Below are positions 27,469-37,673 of a DNA stretch of 64,000 nucleotides, one piece after another. Source of the DNA: Candidatus Gottesmanbacteria bacterium (GTDB lineage: Bacteria; Patescibacteriota; Microgenomatia; UBA10105; UBA927); assembly GCA_023245355.1 (NCBI GenBank), contig JAHFKN010000001.1, positions 268,596 to 332,595 on the forward strand, in the 5' to 3' direction. Both the position numbers and the translations under genes were made by a program. The number at the start of each line of letters is the position of its first letter. Within the stretch, counting starts at the first letter, position 1. The notes under the pieces are model-generated. The model made no database searches and had not been told where the DNA came from. It saw only the letters and a list, made by a program, of their open reading frames with translations.

Positions 27469-28639
27469 ATGCATCTTTCCAGACTCCCTCAAGTGTTTTG
27501 GCTATATGCTCCCAGCCATACCGCTCTGTTACGAGAACACGCGCTTTCGCAGTCACGGCCTGGGTAAGTTTCGTATTATCCCACACCGCGGCAACCTGCG
27601 CGATAAATTCCTCGGGTGTTTCCGCCTGGAAATAATGCGTACCGGGTATTACATCCAGTCCGCTCATCCCCTGATGAGTCGTCACGACGGGAAGGCCGCT
27701 TGCCATCGCTTCCAGCATTTTAAACTTCGTCCCTCCCGAGATTGCGTGAGGGGCAACGAGAACGTCAGCGTGCGCGTATACATCCGCAATATTCTCTACG
27801 TCCTCGAGAACTTCACCGCCTGAAAGCCGCACGGCAACTGAAAAACGTTTGGGTATATCGCGGCCGACGATGCGGAGTTTCGATTGCGGGAACTGCGTTC
27901 TTATACCCGGCCAGATTCTGCTGACTAACATCTCTGCCGCTTCCCGGTTCGGGAGCCAGCGGAAATTACCGACAAACAATACGACAGGGTGCGTCTGTTT
28001 TTGTATTTTCCGGTACGGAAACAACGCACCGTCGACACCGTTTGGCGTAACCGTGACGGAGTGACTCAGATACTCTTCCATGACTGCGGCGTCTTCTTTC
28101 GACACTGCCGTCAGTTTGTCTGCAGTCCGCCAGCTTATATGTTCCCATTTTTTCAGTTTGGCTACGTCGCGGGCCAACAACTGATGCAGTCCGAACACCG
28201 AATAGAGATCCGCATACGCGCCGTATACGGCATACTCAATATTATGTTCGGACACGACGAGCGGCGTGTTGATAGGTGGGAGCGCCGGCAGCACATAAAA
28301 CGGTTCTATATGAACGACATCAAACGGCCCGCCTTTCAGAAGATCGCTGATAAGCTGCTTCATTTCCTCATTGTGGTAGGTAGCCAAAAGCCACGGATAT
28401 TTCCCGAGCAATGCGGCCAACATGTATTTAGGCTGCCATGCTCTGCCGCGCATAACCACTTCTACGTTCCGGCAAAACCCCAGATGTTTTTTATATTCGC
28501 GTTCACTTGCGTCCCGGATAAAAGAAACGAGCGTAATTTCATGACGAGCGCTTAACGCTTTGAGCAGATTATACATCCGGATTTGCCCGCCGGAATGCAG
28601 AGGCCACGGCAATACTGCGGAAACGAATAAAATTTTCAT
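27455..28639 (-). CDS. GT4 glycosyltransferase
   Basis: WPLHSGGQIR, EHNIE, PNGVD and GGTKFKMLEAMASG motifs. Confidence 0.85.
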   Translation of the reverse strand: MKILFVSAVLPWPLHSGGQIRMYNLLKALSARHEITLVSFIRDASEREYKKHLGFCRNVEVVMRGRAWQPKYMLAALLGKYPWLLATYHNEEMKQLISDLLKGGPFDVVHIEPFYVLPALPPINTPLVVSEHNIEYAVYGAYADLYSVFGLHQLLARDVAKLKKWEHISWRTADKLTAVSKEDAAVMEEYLSHSVTVTPNGVDGALFPYRKIQKQTHPVVLFVGNFRWLPNREAAEMLVSRIWPGIRTQFPQSKLRIVGRDIPKRFSVAVRLSGGEVLEDVENIADVYAHADVLVAPHAISGGTKFKMLEAMASGLPVVTTHQGMSGLDVIPGTHYFQAETPEEFIAQVAAVWDNTKLTQAVTAKARVLVTERYGWEHIAKTLEGVWKDAYEKK

Positions 28640-30078
28640 GGAGATTTGGGTTTGGTAAGGTCAATAATGGCAAATTTTTCGTTCCGTACAAGAACCGTAT
28701 AGGTTTTGGCAAGCGTCATGGTTTCCCAGTCGTCGTCCGTAGGTGAAACCGTGACATAATGCGTGGCTCCCATTTTGAGTTTTTTGTCTATATCAAATCC
28801 GAGCGGCCAGCCCTGACGTTTGGTTTGATACAAAAATGTCGTATCGCCGTTGTATGGGGCAATCACTTTCGCATCTTTCGGCAGCAGTTTGTCTGCCATA
28901 ATTCCTGCTTCTATAATTTCCGGCCGGTTAATCCAGTAATACGTCCGCATGGTATACCACGAAAACGCGAGCATAAATAAACAACTGGCTATCAGTACGC
29001 CGTACCGGGCAATAGGAGAAAACATTTTTTCGGTCATGAGGAACGCTATGCCGCGCGCGACATATATGCTTATAACCGGCAACAACAGTATCTGGTAATA
29101 ATCATGCTGTACGTTGCCTGCCGCAAAAACCGTAAGATACGCTAGTGCCCCTGCTGCCATGACGGAAAACAGCCAACCTTCTTTTTTACCCGGACGCACG
29201 AGAAATCCGAGAGAAAGCGGCACGATGCCCCAGTATCCCAATATGAGTTCCGCCACCCGTTTAGCAAAAATCCATTGAAACCATGCGCCTTTAAACCGGA
29301 TATTGCCTTTGTTGAGCAGCCAGTCAAATACGGGAATTCCCTCGGGATACTGCAGTATCCATACCCGCCAGCCATAAAACGGCAGCAGACAGATAAGCGC
29401 ATACAGACCGAGTCGTATCACTGAGGCAACCGACACCTTATGCCGCATCAGGATGACATATGGCACCGGCAGCAACAGAAATCCCGCAGTAGGTTTCACG
29501 AGTACGGCAATAGCTCCTGCAACCGCAGCAGCGATAATGCCCCATATACTGCTTTTCGCGCCGTTTGTCGCCGTAAGGGACAGATATATACTCAGCATCG
29601 CCCAAAACACGGCAAATGTTTCCGGCAGGATCGTCCGCCCGTAAAATACGCTGTACGGAAGTATGGCGTACACAAAACCGGCAAGTACTGCCGTAAGCGG
29701 CGAGCTCACCTCAAAAAGGAGCAGTGTTATAAGTGCGGCAGTTCCTGCTGCCGAAAAAATAGTAACCAGACGGAGCCAGATATCGACGGAAACCGAAGGG
29801 TAGAGCCGTGCGGCGGCCGCTGCAAGCCCCTGATACAGCGGAAACTCCACCATGCGCCAGCCGCTGGGATTGTCCTTACCGGACTGGATATTGGATAAAT
29901 CCTGATACCGTGGATGCAGTAAATCTATGCCGTTACGGACATACATCTGAGCTACGGAGGCCGTATCCGTCTGACGGAAACTGTGCCAGTCGGCAACGGG
30001 CGCCGTGACGCGGTAGAGCCTAAGCGCAATAGTGAGAATGACAACAAGAATAATAAATATCCAGTACCGTTTCTTCAT
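28636..30078 (-). CDS. GT-C fold polyprenyl-phosphate-sugar glycosyltransferase (ArnT/PMT_2-like)
   Basis: TM1 followed by DWHSFRQTDTA loop, EFPLY, YGRTILPE, LVKP and HDYY; about 11 TM helices. Confidence 0.75.
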   Translation of the reverse strand: MKKRYWIFIILVVILTIALRLYRVTAPVADWHSFRQTDTASVAQMYVRNGIDLLHPRYQDLSNIQSGKDNPSGWRMVEFPLYQGLAAAAARLYPSVSVDIWLRLVTIFSAAGTAALITLLLFEVSSPLTAVLAGFVYAILPYSVFYGRTILPETFAVFWAMLSIYLSLTATNGAKSSIWGIIAAAVAGAIAVLVKPTAGFLLLPVPYVILMRHKVSVASVIRLGLYALICLLPFYGWRVWILQYPEGIPVFDWLLNKGNIRFKGAWFQWIFAKRVAELILGYWGIVPLSLGFLVRPGKKEGWLFSVMAAGALAYLTVFAAGNVQHDYYQILLLPVISIYVARGIAFLMTEKMFSPIARYGVLIASCLFMLAFSWYTMRTYYWINRPEIIEAGIMADKLLPKDAKVIAPYNGDTTFLYQTKRQGWPLGFDIDKKLKMGATHYVTVSPTDDDWETMTLAKTYTVLVRNEKFAIIDLTKPKSP

Positions 30079-33000
30079 GGTAGTGTAACCGGCTCCTTTT
30101 TCACTTCCCTCAGATTCCCCTGGTCGTCAAACACGAAAATCTTCTGCGTTTTGGAATCCGGGGTCACCATATTGAGAGGCTCCTCAACCGTAGACCACGA
30201 GTACAACCTGGCGTCCGGATTCCGGAAGATAAACCATAACGCATCCGACAGTCCGACCGGGAATACCCAGGCGTCGCGGTACCGGATCGGCACCGATACG
30301 AAGTGGAACTGCATCGGAGTTTCTGCCCATTCATCCTGATAATAACTTTCCATGGAAACGAAAAATCTCTGCACCCGCTCTCCCGCTTCAAACCAGTCGC
30401 GGTGCAGCTGCTGGATACTGGTAATCTGCACCATAAAAAACAGAGAGATGAAAAGGGCTACCACCCCCAGCGCCGCATCCTTCCCGCTTTCCAGCGTCAG
30501 GATATAAATTTTTTCCAGACCAAAAACCAACAGGAATACCAACCCCGCGGAGGCAAGATACCCGTACCGGGGAGAAATATTCCCGAGTCCCAAAAACGGC
30601 AACAGCGTAATAAGGAAAAACCCTGATGCAAACAGCAGAATCGTGCGGTCCCGGGGTGAGAGAAGCTGCCTGATTTTGGGAGCAATCCATACAATAACCG
30701 CTGCGATAATCAGTCCGATAGCTGCGGTCACAATGACGTGCGTGCGCATGTTCGCGCGCACAATCTGATACAACGGGGCGCCGAACGAACCGGTAAGGCC
30801 CAGTAATACATAGCCGAATGCGTTCCCGATAGTGTTAAACGGCAGCTTGAGGAGATTATAGTTATAATCGCCGTTTAACCAGTGACTGCCGGACATAAAC
30901 CGGGCGACTGCATACAAAGGAACGGGCAGCACCAACACCCAGTGCTCAAGGCGCATCCTGAAACCGGTCAGTGTAGGGCGCACTTCGGCAATCGTCCACG
31001 CATACAAGAGGTACAAAAGCGGGGTGACGACACCCAGCTCGTGAAACGTCATGGCAGCCAGGGCAGAAAGTGCCGCCAACAATACGAACCGCATCTTTTT
31101 CTTCTCGCTCCACGCGATATAGCAAAGCAGGCTTGTCAGCATGAATGCGGATGCAAACAAAAATCCGGTTGCCGAAACCCAGAATATCGCCTCCGAAAAT
31201 CCGGAGAGTCCCGCAAACAGAAAGGCGCTTATTGCAGCATGCAGTTTCCGCCGGAACACTTTTATCCCGACTAAAAACACGAGTATGCTGACGATATAGT
31301 GTAGTGTCAGTGATACGGCGTGGTATGCAGTCTGATTCAGCCATGCAAACTGATACATTCCCAGGAAGTACAGTTTGGTTCCCGGCCGATAGAAAAACCC
31401 TTGGGCGTCGGTAAAGTATCCTGCAATCCGTGAAAGACTCGGGACACAGCGCTCGGAAATCGCTGCTGCTGCGTTGCCGCAGTCTGCTGCCCACCTAAAC
31501 CAGGTGAAGTCATCTCCGACAAAGTAATTGCGCGTCATCTGCGAAAAAAGCAGTATGACGACGACAAGAAGATATATCGCGACGGCATAGGATGACATGG
31601 CCATCCGTTTTACTTCGGAAAAGAATTTAAGCGGAATCTTAACATACATCGATACCATTCCCATCACGATGCCGGTTAATAACCATAATACAAACGCTAC
31701 TTTTGACGCTTCAAACACATCGATAAATACCGCGTTGACGGCAAGTCCGGCAACTCCGGCTGCATACCCCAGCACAAAACTTCTGACGACCGGGGAATGA
31801 ATTTTGTCCCACGCGCGCACGATATACACGCCTACTATCAAAAATATCGCAACAAAGGAAATAAATCCTAAGCTCCCTACTTCCGCCAGCATCCTAAGAT
31901 AGCTGTTATCGACGGCCAGACTCACCGAGCCATACCCGCTGCCAAGCAACACGTTTCTTTTGAATGCCAAAAGCGCATTCGGCCACTCCCCCTGAAACCG
32001 CGTGGTAAACGACAGGTCGTAGGCAAACGCTTTTTTCATGAGATACTGCCCGTTTATCACATACACGTCCGCCGATGCGGTTGCCTGCCTGAGGGGAGGT
32101 TCATAGTAAAAGCTTCCCAAGCGCTTCACGACAGGAGAAAGTGTCAGATTGATATACCCGGTGCCGCTGGGCAAATCCTCACCTGTGGGGGCTGACGGCT
32201 CGGTAAGTAACACCGCGGACTCCGGCAATTGCGCAAACGGCACGACAAATGATGCCGTCGGGCTTGCTTTGGTAGCCAAGTCGCCTATGGTCAGGTAAAA
32301 CCGCTGCCATACGCGTTTATCGGCAAAATACGTATTGGGTACTTCTTTGACATGGCCGATCGGATACCCGGTTTTTGCATCGACGATGACGTCGATCGGT
32401 TTGATCGTACTGCCGAAGCGCGCCATAAGCTGAGGCGAAAGAATCAGGAACGCGATACTCCCCACAATAGCCAGCGGCAGAAGTACCATGACCGTTTTCC
32501 TGCTTTGGAAAAACAGCACTGCGGCAAACGACAAGATCAACGCAAAAAACGAAATTCGCGACACCGTCCAGAACAGCACGACGACCCCCAGAAGTACGAT
32601 AACCCCCAGTGCAACCCGCAGGAACCAGTTCCGGTATCCGAACATGAGGCTCGCGATAATCGGCAGGACCAATACGTAATAGGCGGCCAGATCATAATGC
32701 CCTGCAAACGTCGAAGATATACGGGACAACGCCGAAAGCGTGAGCGGCATGCCCTTGGCAAACTCTTCATTCATCGTAAGATATGCGGGAAACCCCAGAT
32801 ATTTCTGACCCAATCCGTACAGACTGATCAGCAGCGTCGTCACAACAACCGTTGCAATCACCGGTGTTGCCGAGTTACGGTCTTTCATCGCGGAAAACGC
32901 AATGAAAAATACGCTCATATACTCGATTCTGCGTAAGAAACTGAGTAACGCTACGTTTGCAAATACTCCTGATATCGAAGGGAAAATAAGCAGCATGCCG

Positions 33001-33263
33001 TGGATAGTTGCAGCCGCTCCGATAAGCCAAAACATAAGAAACGGCAGTGTCAGCGGTGTTTTAAACGATACTTTGTTCCGGATAAACAGGATGACCCAGG
33101 CAAGCAGGACAAACAGCACGAGAAAATCCTCAACCCGGATGTACACCCAGGTATTTTTTATGTCCAGAAGCGGCAGTTTCGGATACAGCGGTATAAACAC
33201 CAGCAAAGCGAGTGTCGCAATCTGCAACCCACGTTCCTTACACCAGTTTATAAGCTTCCGCAT
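30075..33263 (-). CDS. O-antigen ligase (WaaL/Wzy_C)-like domain fused to a GT-C-like membrane domain
   Basis: N half has RISSTFAGHYDLAAY, TVSRIS, GSGYGS..AVDNSYLRMLAEVG and DVFEASK. C half begins YFVGDDFTWF..FFYRPG and later has SPRYGY. Confidence 0.7.
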   Translation of the reverse strand: MRKLINWCKERGLQIATLALLVFIPLYPKLPLLDIKNTWVYIRVEDFLVLFVLLAWVILFIRNKVSFKTPLTLPFLMFWLIGAAATIHGMLLIFPSISGVFANVALLSFLRRIEYMSVFFIAFSAMKDRNSATPVIATVVVTTLLISLYGLGQKYLGFPAYLTMNEEFAKGMPLTLSALSRISSTFAGHYDLAAYYVLVLPIIASLMFGYRNWFLRVALGVIVLLGVVVLFWTVSRISFFALILSFAAVLFFQSRKTVMVLLPLAIVGSIAFLILSPQLMARFGSTIKPIDVIVDAKTGYPIGHVKEVPNTYFADKRVWQRFYLTIGDLATKASPTASFVVPFAQLPESAVLLTEPSAPTGEDLPSGTGYINLTLSPVVKRLGSFYYEPPLRQATASADVYVINGQYLMKKAFAYDLSFTTRFQGEWPNALLAFKRNVLLGSGYGSVSLAVDNSYLRMLAEVGSLGFISFVAIFLIVGVYIVRAWDKIHSPVVRSFVLGYAAGVAGLAVNAVFIDVFEASKVAFVLWLLTGIVMGMVSMYVKIPLKFFSEVKRMAMSSYAVAIYLLVVVILLFSQMTRNYFVGDDFTWFRWAADCGNAAAAISERCVPSLSRIAGYFTDAQGFFYRPGTKLYFLGMYQFAWLNQTAYHAVSLTLHYIVSILVFLVGIKVFRRKLHAAISAFLFAGLSGFSEAIFWVSATGFLFASAFMLTSLLCYIAWSEKKKMRFVLLAALSALAAMTFHELGVVTPLLYLLYAWTIAEVRPTLTGFRMRLEHWVLVLPVPLYAVARFMSGSHWLNGDYNYNLLKLPFNTIGNAFGYVLLGLTGSFGAPLYQIVRANMRTHVIVTAAIGLIIAAVIVWIAPKIRQLLSPRDRTILLFASGFFLITLLPFLGLGNISPRYGYLASAGLVFLLVFGLEKIYILTLESGKDAALGVVALFISLFFMVQITSIQQLHRDWFEAGERVQRFFVSMESYYQDEWAETPMQFHFVSVPIRYRDAWVFPVGLSDALWFIFRNPDARLYSWSTVEEPLNMVTPDSKTQKIFVFDDQGNLREVKKEPVTLP

Positions 33264-34110
33264 AGGTTTCCTTAAGATGCTCGATCCCGAGCAGCGCCCC
33301 GATGCACCAGGTGATAACAGCCTTTGCCCTGAGCATTACGCGCACCATGAACAATCCGTAGGCTGACCCGTGTTTTTTATACAGGTACAGAAATCCCCGG
33401 TAAATGTTTAACACGGGCCCTTTTCTCCTGTTGGTTGAGCTGGCTGCACCTAAGTGTACGATATGGCTCCGGGGATAGAAATAGGCGGGGTATCCTTTTT
33501 TCCTGGCCCGCATCAGAAGGTCGATTTCTTCCATGTACATGAATATCTTCTCATCAAACAGTAAATCCTGCATGAACAGCTTTTTGGGCGCCAAGATACA
33601 CGCTCCCGAAACCCAATCGACTTTCCGTGCCTGATTCGGAGACCAACGGGTAAGCCCGATCACATCGCCTTTGAGAAATAATGACGCGAAAATAACCGGA
33701 AGCGAAAAAAACGGACCGCACGAACTCTGCGGGCTCCGGTCGGGATTGAGCAATTTAGGACCGATAAAGGCATTGGGGTGCTGCCGCCCGAATGACACGA
33801 GTTTGCCGATCGCATTATTGAGGACGACCGTATCGGAATTCAGAAGCAGAATATACTCCCCCGACGCCGCCCGGATTCCCTGATTATTTCCCCGTCCGAA
33901 TCCCACATTCTCGCGGTTTAATATCGTTTTGACGACGGGGAACTTTTTCCTGAGCATCTCGCGGGTTCCGTCAGTCGATACATTATCGACCACCAGAATT
34001 TCCCACGTCAGCTTGGACCCTTTGAGACTCCGGATAGTCGAGGACAGGCAGTCTTCGGTAAGTTTTTTTGTATTGAAGCTGACGATGATAATGGATAAAT
34101 CTATAGCCAT
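33238..34110 (-). CDS. GT2 glycosyltransferase (WbbL-like)
   Basis: SIIIVSFN, VVDNVSTDGT, NVGFGRGNN, LLNSD and FMYMEEID motifs. Confidence 0.85.
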   Translation of the reverse strand: MAIDLSIIIVSFNTKKLTEDCLSSTIRSLKGSKLTWEILVVDNVSTDGTREMLRKKFPVVKTILNRENVGFGRGNNQGIRAASGEYILLLNSDTVVLNNAIGKLVSFGRQHPNAFIGPKLLNPDRSPQSSCGPFFSLPVIFASLFLKGDVIGLTRWSPNQARKVDWVSGACILAPKKLFMQDLLFDEKIFMYMEEIDLLMRARKKGYPAYFYPRSHIVHLGAASSTNRRKGPVLNIYRGFLYLYKKHGSAYGLFMVRVMLRAKAVITWCIGALLGIEHLKETYAEAYKLV

Positions 34111-34132
34111 ATAGAGCGTGAAGAAAACGCAT

Positions 34133-34732
34133 TTATTGGAATAGCCTCGCAAATTTAAGCCGGTATGTCAGGTTTTTGTTGCGCTGTCGGATAACTTTCG
34201 CCGGTACTCCGCCGACCACGTCATAGGGAGCCACATCATGCGTTACCACGGCTCCCGATGCGACAACTGCCCCTTTTCCGATTGTGACTCCGGGAAGTAT
34301 CGTCACCCGGGTTCCTATGACCACATAATCCTCTATCACAACCGGCCCCCCTGTTTCGGCAAAATCCGGGGAATCGATATCGTGTTCCATGGTGTATATG
34401 CGCACTTCCCCGGCCACGGAAACATTGTTGCCGATCCTAAGCGGACGGTCGCCCTTTCCGGCCAACTGCTTTATATAGCTTGCCGCTTTGCTTTCTCCGC
34501 TCCCGGCGGCCCGTTTATACCTGCCGTCTAAGAATGCATCGTTGCCGATAATCGTATTGTGGCCGATGTGTACTCCTGCCGGATTATTAAACTGTGCACG
34601 CCAGTGGATACTGGAATCCTTTCCGACCCGCACTCCGAACAGATACCGGTAGAGAAACAACCGGATGGTGTGACTCGGGATAAACCCTATAAGCGTACAA
34701 AGATATACCCAAAAATCGATAAAGAGTCTCAT
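34133..34732 (-). CDS. Hexapeptide-repeat O-acetyltransferase
   Basis: VVIEDYVVIGTRVTILPGVTIGKGAVVASGAVVTHDV..VGGVPAK. Confidence 0.85.
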   Translation of the reverse strand: MRLFIDFWVYLCTLIGFIPSHTIRLFLYRYLFGVRVGKDSSIHWRAQFNNPAGVHIGHNTIIGNDAFLDGRYKRAAGSGESKAASYIKQLAGKGDRPLRIGNNVSVAGEVRIYTMEHDIDSPDFAETGGPVVIEDYVVIGTRVTILPGVTIGKGAVVASGAVVTHDVAPYDVVGGVPAKVIRQRNKNLTYRLKFARLFQ

Positions 34733-35859
34733 ACTGCCGATCCTTTCTTTCCGACCTCTTCCAACACGGACATCACTTTTTCGGCCGCAAGGTCCCACGT
34801 AAATGCTTTAACGCGTTTTTTTCCGGTTGCCACACGCGATAAGCGCTCTTTTACCGTTTCCGTAAGTGCCTGGGTAATGCCTGAAGCGATATTTGCCGCA
34901 TCCTCGGGATCCACATATATCCCGGCATCGCCGGCTATTTCCGGCAGACTGGAGGTAGAACTCACCACGACCGGCACGTCATAACTCATAGCCTCCAAAA
35001 CCGGCAAACCGAACCCTTCATACAGACTCGGAAGCACGAAACATGCGGCGTTTTTATACAGCTGCGGAAGTGCACTGTCCGGCACGAAATCCATAAACTG
35101 CACACGATTGCTGATACCGAATTTTTTAGGTGCTGAAAGTATTTCGTCGTACAGCCATCCCTTTTTCCCCACGATAACCAGCGAAATTTCCTTATCTTTA
35201 AGGAGACTGACAGCTTCGATCAGGCGCGCGAAGTTTTTACGCGGCTGGAGGGTTCCTACTGAGAGGATGTAGCGTTTCGGAACAGGTAGAGATGAATCAG
35301 TACTCTTTGCCATAGCATCTTTGGAGACGCTATCCGGTAATGCCGGATAGGCAACCACGACGTCCGAATCCGGAATGTGGTATGAATCGATTATAGCATG
35401 TTTGGAAAACTCGCTAATCGTTATGATTTTGGCGGCATGACGCACCGAATACGCAGTCCAATGAACCAATTTATGCAGATCCTGCGCCCTGAATAACTCA
35501 GGATACGAAAGATACGAAACGTCCATAATCGCCATCACTCTGGGAATTTTGACAAACCTCGGGATATAGTGCGTCGGGGAAAAAATCACATCCGGGCGCG
35601 TGCTGTCGGTCATAATACCTATAGGTAACCCGATAAACGTCCAGAACTGCTTGAGGGGTATGCTCCGGTAGGTAAACGTCGCTGACTCTTCGGGCATATG
35701 CGCGGCGACTTGGCCCGGCACATAGACCCGGACCATATCAAACACCCCGCGACCCGCTCGCTGCAGTTTTGCGATATGATCTATAAGTTCAAACGCGAAC
35801 CGACCTATCCCCACCCGGACTCCCGCGTTTGCTTCATACCCGTCGATTGCCAGTATCAT
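34729..35859 (-). CDS. GT4 glycosyltransferase
   Basis: AIDGYEAN, SVGTLQPRKN and EGFGLPVLEAM motifs. Confidence 0.88.
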   Translation of the reverse strand: MILAIDGYEANAGVRVGIGRFAFELIDHIAKLQRAGRGVFDMVRVYVPGQVAAHMPEESATFTYRSIPLKQFWTFIGLPIGIMTDSTRPDVIFSPTHYIPRFVKIPRVMAIMDVSYLSYPELFRAQDLHKLVHWTAYSVRHAAKIITISEFSKHAIIDSYHIPDSDVVVAYPALPDSVSKDAMAKSTDSSLPVPKRYILSVGTLQPRKNFARLIEAVSLLKDKEISLVIVGKKGWLYDEILSAPKKFGISNRVQFMDFVPDSALPQLYKNAACFVLPSLYEGFGLPVLEAMSYDVPVVVSSTSSLPEIAGDAGIYVDPEDAANIASGITQALTETVKERLSRVATGKKRVKAFTWDLAAEKVMSVLEEVGKKGSAV

Positions 35860-36446
35860 GCTTCCCCCAATCCCGGATACACGACCGTCAGTTTACTTTG
35901 GGAAATGCCCAAGAGTTCCTGTGCATCATGCCTGGTCGCTTCTGAGTCGCAAAAAAATACGGCGCACGCTTTGGCTGCCCGCACGAGTCTTCGGGTGTGC
36001 GTTGCGACGATATTGGCAGCAATCCTGCCGCGCGCGACATCTAACACCGCCTGATTATGAGACTCCTCGGGATACCGCAGCACGGAAAGATCATGGATAG
36101 TGGTAACCCCTATGGCATGGATAAGCGGCGGGTGCGTCCAGTCGCTGCTCCAGAAAATATCCAGAGGACCGGTAAACCATTCAACAGGCACGATATGCGC
36201 GCGGTTCCACAGCCAATCGAGTACCGTAGGCGGCACGGGTATCGACACCAGGCGGACATTCGCGTGTTTTCCGCCAATCGTAGATACGAATTCGGAAAAA
36301 ACGTGCCGCTTCCGCAGGGATGAGCCGAACAACACATATTCATGTTCCGGATACTTTCTGACTAAAGAAGTAACGATACTGCGGACGTATCGTGCAACTC
36401 CGGTGCCCTGATGGGCAATTTGGCTTATATCTATGCCGATTTTCAT
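35856..36446 (-). CDS. Stand-alone GT4 N-terminal (acceptor) domain protein
   Basis: MKIGIDIS..GTGVARY, TTIHDL and SEATR..VVYPG, then a stop. No C-terminal EGFG domain. ATGA overlap with the next gene. Confidence 0.75.
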   Translation of the reverse strand: MKIGIDISQIAHQGTGVARYVRSIVTSLVRKYPEHEYVLFGSSLRKRHVFSEFVSTIGGKHANVRLVSIPVPPTVLDWLWNRAHIVPVEWFTGPLDIFWSSDWTHPPLIHAIGVTTIHDLSVLRYPEESHNQAVLDVARGRIAANIVATHTRRLVRAAKACAVFFCDSEATRHDAQELLGISQSKLTVVYPGLGEA

Positions 36447-36452
36447 ATGGGG

Positions 36453-37442
36453 TTATCCGGAATATCCTTCAGGATGAGTCGCATGCCATCGCATGGCTGA
36501 TTCGACTATATTACGGATATCCGAATGCTTCGGTTTCCAGCCGAATTCGCGCATGAGCTTCCTAGGATCCGATACAAGCACTGCCGGATCCCCGCTTCTC
36601 CGGTCGGATTTCCGGACGTTGAATGTCTTACCTGCGACGTCTTTTACCACGTTTACCACTTCCTGCACGCTCACGCCCTGACCGGTACCCACGTTATATA
36701 CGTCACTCTGATGGCCCGAAAACAGCGCCTCCAGAGCCAATATATGCGCTTCACACAGATCTTCTATATGGATATAGTCCCGTAATGCCGTGCCGTCGGG
36801 AGTTTTATAATCCGTGCCGAATATCATAAACTCCGGGCGTTTCCCGAGAGCCGCCGCACACGCAAGCGGAATAAGATGGGATTCCTCTGCGTGCATTTCC
36901 CCGTTGTTGCCGTCCAACGCGGCTCCTGCAGCATTAAAGTACCGGAGTGCGATGCTTCTGATTGCAAACGACCGGTCATATACCCGGAGCAATTCCTCAA
37001 ACGCCCATTTGGATAACCCATACGGAGATACCGGATCCTTCTTATGATCTTCGGAAATAAGCGGCGTTACCGGATTGCCGTAAACGGCAGCGGTAGAGGA
37101 AAAGATAATATGCTTCACCCCCGCCTCTTTCATCCCCTCAAGCAATGTCACGGGAGCGATCACGTTATTTTTCATGTATTTGATCGGCTGGCGCATTGAC
37201 TCTTCCACGCGGATGTATCCGGCAAAATGCAGGATTCCGTGTATCTTGTGCTCTGCGAAAATCCGCTGTATCAGGGATGCATCACCGACATTTCCCTGTA
37301 TGACGGTCGCTCCATTAGGAAGTGCTTGCCTGTGGCCGAATTCAAATGTATCCAGAACTATAGGCTCGTAGCCGCGGCTTGCCAGCATGCGTGTCATGTG
37401 GCTCCCTATGTAGCCGGCGCCCCCGGTTACTAAAATCTTCAT
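36453..37442 (-). CDS. galE: UDP-glucose 4-epimerase
   Basis: GGAGYIGSH, FSSTAAVYG, PYGLSK, LRYFNAAGA, DGTALRDYIH and RRSGDP motifs. Confidence 0.92.
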   Translation of the reverse strand: MKILVTGGAGYIGSHMTRMLASRGYEPIVLDTFEFGHRQALPNGATVIQGNVGDASLIQRIFAEHKIHGILHFAGYIRVEESMRQPIKYMKNNVIAPVTLLEGMKEAGVKHIIFSSTAAVYGNPVTPLISEDHKKDPVSPYGLSKWAFEELLRVYDRSFAIRSIALRYFNAAGAALDGNNGEMHAEESHLIPLACAAALGKRPEFMIFGTDYKTPDGTALRDYIHIEDLCEAHILALEALFSGHQSDVYNVGTGQGVSVQEVVNVVKDVAGKTFNVRKSDRRSGDPAVLVSDPRKLMREFGWKPKHSDIRNIVESAMRWHATHPEGYSG

Positions 37443-37447
37443 GCTCT

Positions 37448-37669
37448 TTATTGTACCTGATGGGGCTTCAAAGATGAAATGACGATAAACGTGATAAAAA
37501 ATGCCGCTGCGTACCAGGTAAGCCGCTCAGCGGTAAAAAACGTCCAGGTCGCAAACAACGGTATGGCAAGGGTAAGACTCGCCAGTCCTGCAATAACCAG
37601 CAGTCGGGGTTTACGAACCCCCAGCAGCGCGCCCAAAATAAGAAAAAACAATATATCCTGAGGCTTCAT
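37448..37669 (-). CDS. Small hypothetical membrane protein
   Basis: 73-aa hydrophobic ORF (3 TM, FFTAERLTWY) packed tightly between galE and the UXS gene. Confidence 0.65.
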   Translation of the reverse strand: MKPQDILFFLILGALLGVRKPRLLVIAGLASLTLAIPLFATWTFFTAERLTWYAAAFFITFIVISSLKPHQVQ

Positions 37670-37673
37670 TTCG

